Made by a program: the position numbers and the translations under genes
Assembly: GCA_016839555.1 (NCBI GenBank)
Contig: JAEOUA010000011.1
Span: 224,001-288,000, forward strand
From: Promethearchaeota archaeon
GTDB lineage: Archaea; Asgardarchaeota; Lokiarchaeia; Sigyniarchaeales; SOKP01
DNA: 64,000 bases
Direction of reading: 5' to 3'
The notes under the pieces: generated by a model
The model's database searches: none
Seen by the model: the letters and a program-made list of their open reading frames with translations, nothing else
Told to the model about the DNA's origin: nothing
In this document: in pieces, positions 62,379 through 64,000 of the stretch
Layout of the letters: every line of letters begins with the position of its first letter
Numbering within the stretch: the stretch's first letter is position 1

Positions 62379-63371
62379 ATGGTTGTCGTATTTTATTGGG
62401 TTCAAAGCGAAGAAGAGCGGCTTGCCTTTTACGAATATTATTGGAACCCTCAAACGTATTTTTCTCATCATAATTCCATGATTTTGTTCGAACCCATTAC
62501 GCTAGATGATGGTAAGATTTTTGGGGAGAAAGACATACCCTCCGTGGTGCTGGAGTTTTCCGCGGGGTGGGATACAATTAAAGATATGATCAAAAAAAAC
62601 ATCGTGGTCGAAGAGCGTGTACTTTTATTCGATGACTTGAAGGATGAGGAGAGATATAATGAATTTATGATAAATTTAACGCAAAACCACAATGCATATA
62701 AAGGGTTTGATGCTGGTTCTTACGATATGATAAGATATCTCCATCGTCTTAACTATCGTTATATCGACGGCTCGATTCCTTCCCATGATTTAATAGAGTT
62801 GGAAAACTGGCTTATCTATTTACCCTCGAAGACGCTTCACGACGCAATCTTGGACGCCCTTTTTGAGGAGAACAAGCTTCAAAACTCATTTAGTTACCTA
62901 TTCATAAGGGATATATTGGAAACGAAAGATGGTTGCACTTTCGGTAAGGAAAACAAGCATACCTTGTTTATACACATCTTTTCCACCTTTCATAAGAACG
63001 CGGTTTACGAATTAATCGAAAAGGGCATCATAGAGAAACGACTGGCAATTCAACAGCGACACATCAAGGATTCTATGTTTCAAGATGCGCGAGATCGCGA
63101 TTTACGTAATATGACGCTTTTTTTGGTACTTCTAGACAAGGTAAGATTTAAGTATTATTTTTCCAAAAAACCTTATCGATTTGAAGACGGCTCCCGCCTA
63201 ACACTGGACAACTCCAACTTGTTTCAGAGAAAATTGGATTGGTGGGCGTCAAGGATGATAAAAGAAGAAGACTACTATTGTCCCGCGTGCAAGACAAAAG
63301 TTGAGCAGCGAACTATAAACTTTCGTGAGAAGGGGGAATTCTGTAATCTCTGTTGGGCTAAATTAACTTAA
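62379..63371 (+). CDS. Hypothetical protein with C-terminal zinc ribbon (candidate partner/immunity protein)
   Basis: CPAC...CNLC; same GC-richer composition as the upstream gene. Confidence 0.65.
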   Translation: MVVVFYWVQSEEERLAFYEYYWNPQTYFSHHNSMILFEPITLDDGKIFGEKDIPSVVLEFSAGWDTIKDMIKKNIVVEERVLLFDDLKDEERYNEFMINLTQNHNAYKGFDAGSYDMIRYLHRLNYRYIDGSIPSHDLIELENWLIYLPSKTLHDAILDALFEENKLQNSFSYLFIRDILETKDGCTFGKENKHTLFIHIFSTFHKNAVYELIEKGIIEKRLAIQQRHIKDSMFQDARDRDLRNMTLFLVLLDKVRFKYYFSKKPYRFEDGSRLTLDNSNLFQRKLDWWASRMIKEEDYYCPACKTKVEQRTINFREKGEFCNLCWAKLT

Positions 63372-63622
63372 AACTCATTTAAAAATGATTTTTTTTATTA
63401 CTCATACCTATTAGCTTGAAACTCTCAATTCTAAATTTTAATATTTTATCTTATATAAATTTACTTTCAGATCATCTAAATGATATTACTATTCTTTTTG
63501 ATCCCAAAGGTTAAAATTTCAAAAAATACCGAAGAAATATTTAACAAAGGAGACAGAATTAACTCCACAACAAATAAATGAAATAGCAATAGAATTGCTA
63601 CTGAAATGGGGAAAAAAAAAAA

Positions 63623-63642
63623 TAAAGATACTTCTTGAATAG
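63623..63642 (+). repeat. Right attachment-site-like repeat (displaced vps25 3' end)
   Basis: taaagatacttcttgaatag = K-I-L-L-E-stop; 17/20 identical to the left copy, mismatches at third codon positions. Confidence 0.8.
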
Positions 63643-63739
63643 ATATATCTTATTTTGTTTCCATTGTTTTTCTAGAATTTTTCTGAAAAACTAAATTTTT
63701 ATTGATATAAAATAAAGTGGGCTATGAAATACAATGGAA

Positions 63740-64000
63740 TTATATGCTTGGGAAAAACCATTGCTTCCCTTTTAGCATTGATTCTGTATATTTAGCTAGT
63801 CCGCTATCTTCCAAGGATTTTAATGATTTAAGCGCTCTACTCTGGGTCCATTGCAATTCATTAATAATATTTTCCAAGGAAATGACGCCCTCTCCTCTTT
63901 TTTTTACTAATTCAATAATTTTTTGTTCATCTTGAGTGTATTCAATAGGGAAAAACTGAACCATTACTGCCCCAGATTTTACTTCTTCCACATTTTCTAT
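63740..64000 (-). CDS. ESCRT-II Vps22/36 (EAP30) C-terminal winged helix (5' part outside window)
   Basis: VQFFPIEYTQDEQKIIEL...ELQWTQSRA...L...GLA....WFFPSI aligns by eye with the Vps22 C-terminus; frame open to window end. Confidence 0.8.
   Translation of the reverse strand: MENVEEVKSGAVMVQFFPIEYTQDEQKIIELVKKRGEGVISLENIINELQWTQSRALKSLKSLEDSGLAKYTESMLKGKQWFFPSI

Larger units (their letters stand above)
50277..63642. mobile_element. ~13.35 kb integrated element in the 3' end of vps25 (no integrase seen; probably decayed)
   Basis: Flanking imperfect direct repeats; separates vps25 from vps22/36; virus/plasmid-like small ORFs, regulators, compositional shift. Confidence 0.8.

Noticed and set aside
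50277-63642. Calling the element a provirus, casposon or IS/transposon
   Set aside because: No recognisable capsid, terminase, polymerase, Cas1, transposase or integrase motifs; class left open
63717-63935. 72-aa plus-strand ORF and other short antisense ORFs in the track
   Set aside because: Antisense to well-supported genes (here vps22/36) with no motifs of their own
1-64000. Selenoprotein/SECIS, rRNA, CRISPR array, DGR
   Set aside because: No convincing in-frame TGA read-through, rRNA-like segment, repeat-spacer array or reverse transcriptase seen by eye

Overview
AT-rich archaeal chromosomal segment, very likely from an Asgard archaeon of the Lokiarchaeia type. Evidence: archaeal uS15/eS1, a BHB-intron tRNA-Gly, several longin/roadblock-like proteins, and an ESCRT locus with Vps2/24/46, Vps4, Vps25 and Vps22/36. 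Bases 1-50 kb are mostly housekeeping and metabolic genes (RdgB, Sir2, PGK, Hpt, GH2, GH20, LarB/LarC, NikR, URO-D family, sulfotransferases, a small histone-fold protein, two tRNAs). The main finding is a ~13.35 kb integrated element (50277-63642) sitting in the 3' end of the ESCRT-II gene vps25 and separating it from vps22/36. It is bounded by a 20-bp imperfect direct repeat that encodes KILLE-stop in both copies, with a 7-bp identical core and only synonymous differences. It carries a divergent TFB paralog behind two palindromic operator-like sites, AbrB-like regulators, a receiver protein, and four units of small ORFs that share a non-canonical motif upstream of their TATA boxes. It also carries a truncated HEXXH peptidase joined to the 5'-truncated remnant of a large membrane protein ending in a Zn-ribbon/Vsr-like nuclease. 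No integrase is visible. All calls come from reading motifs by eye; no searches were run.
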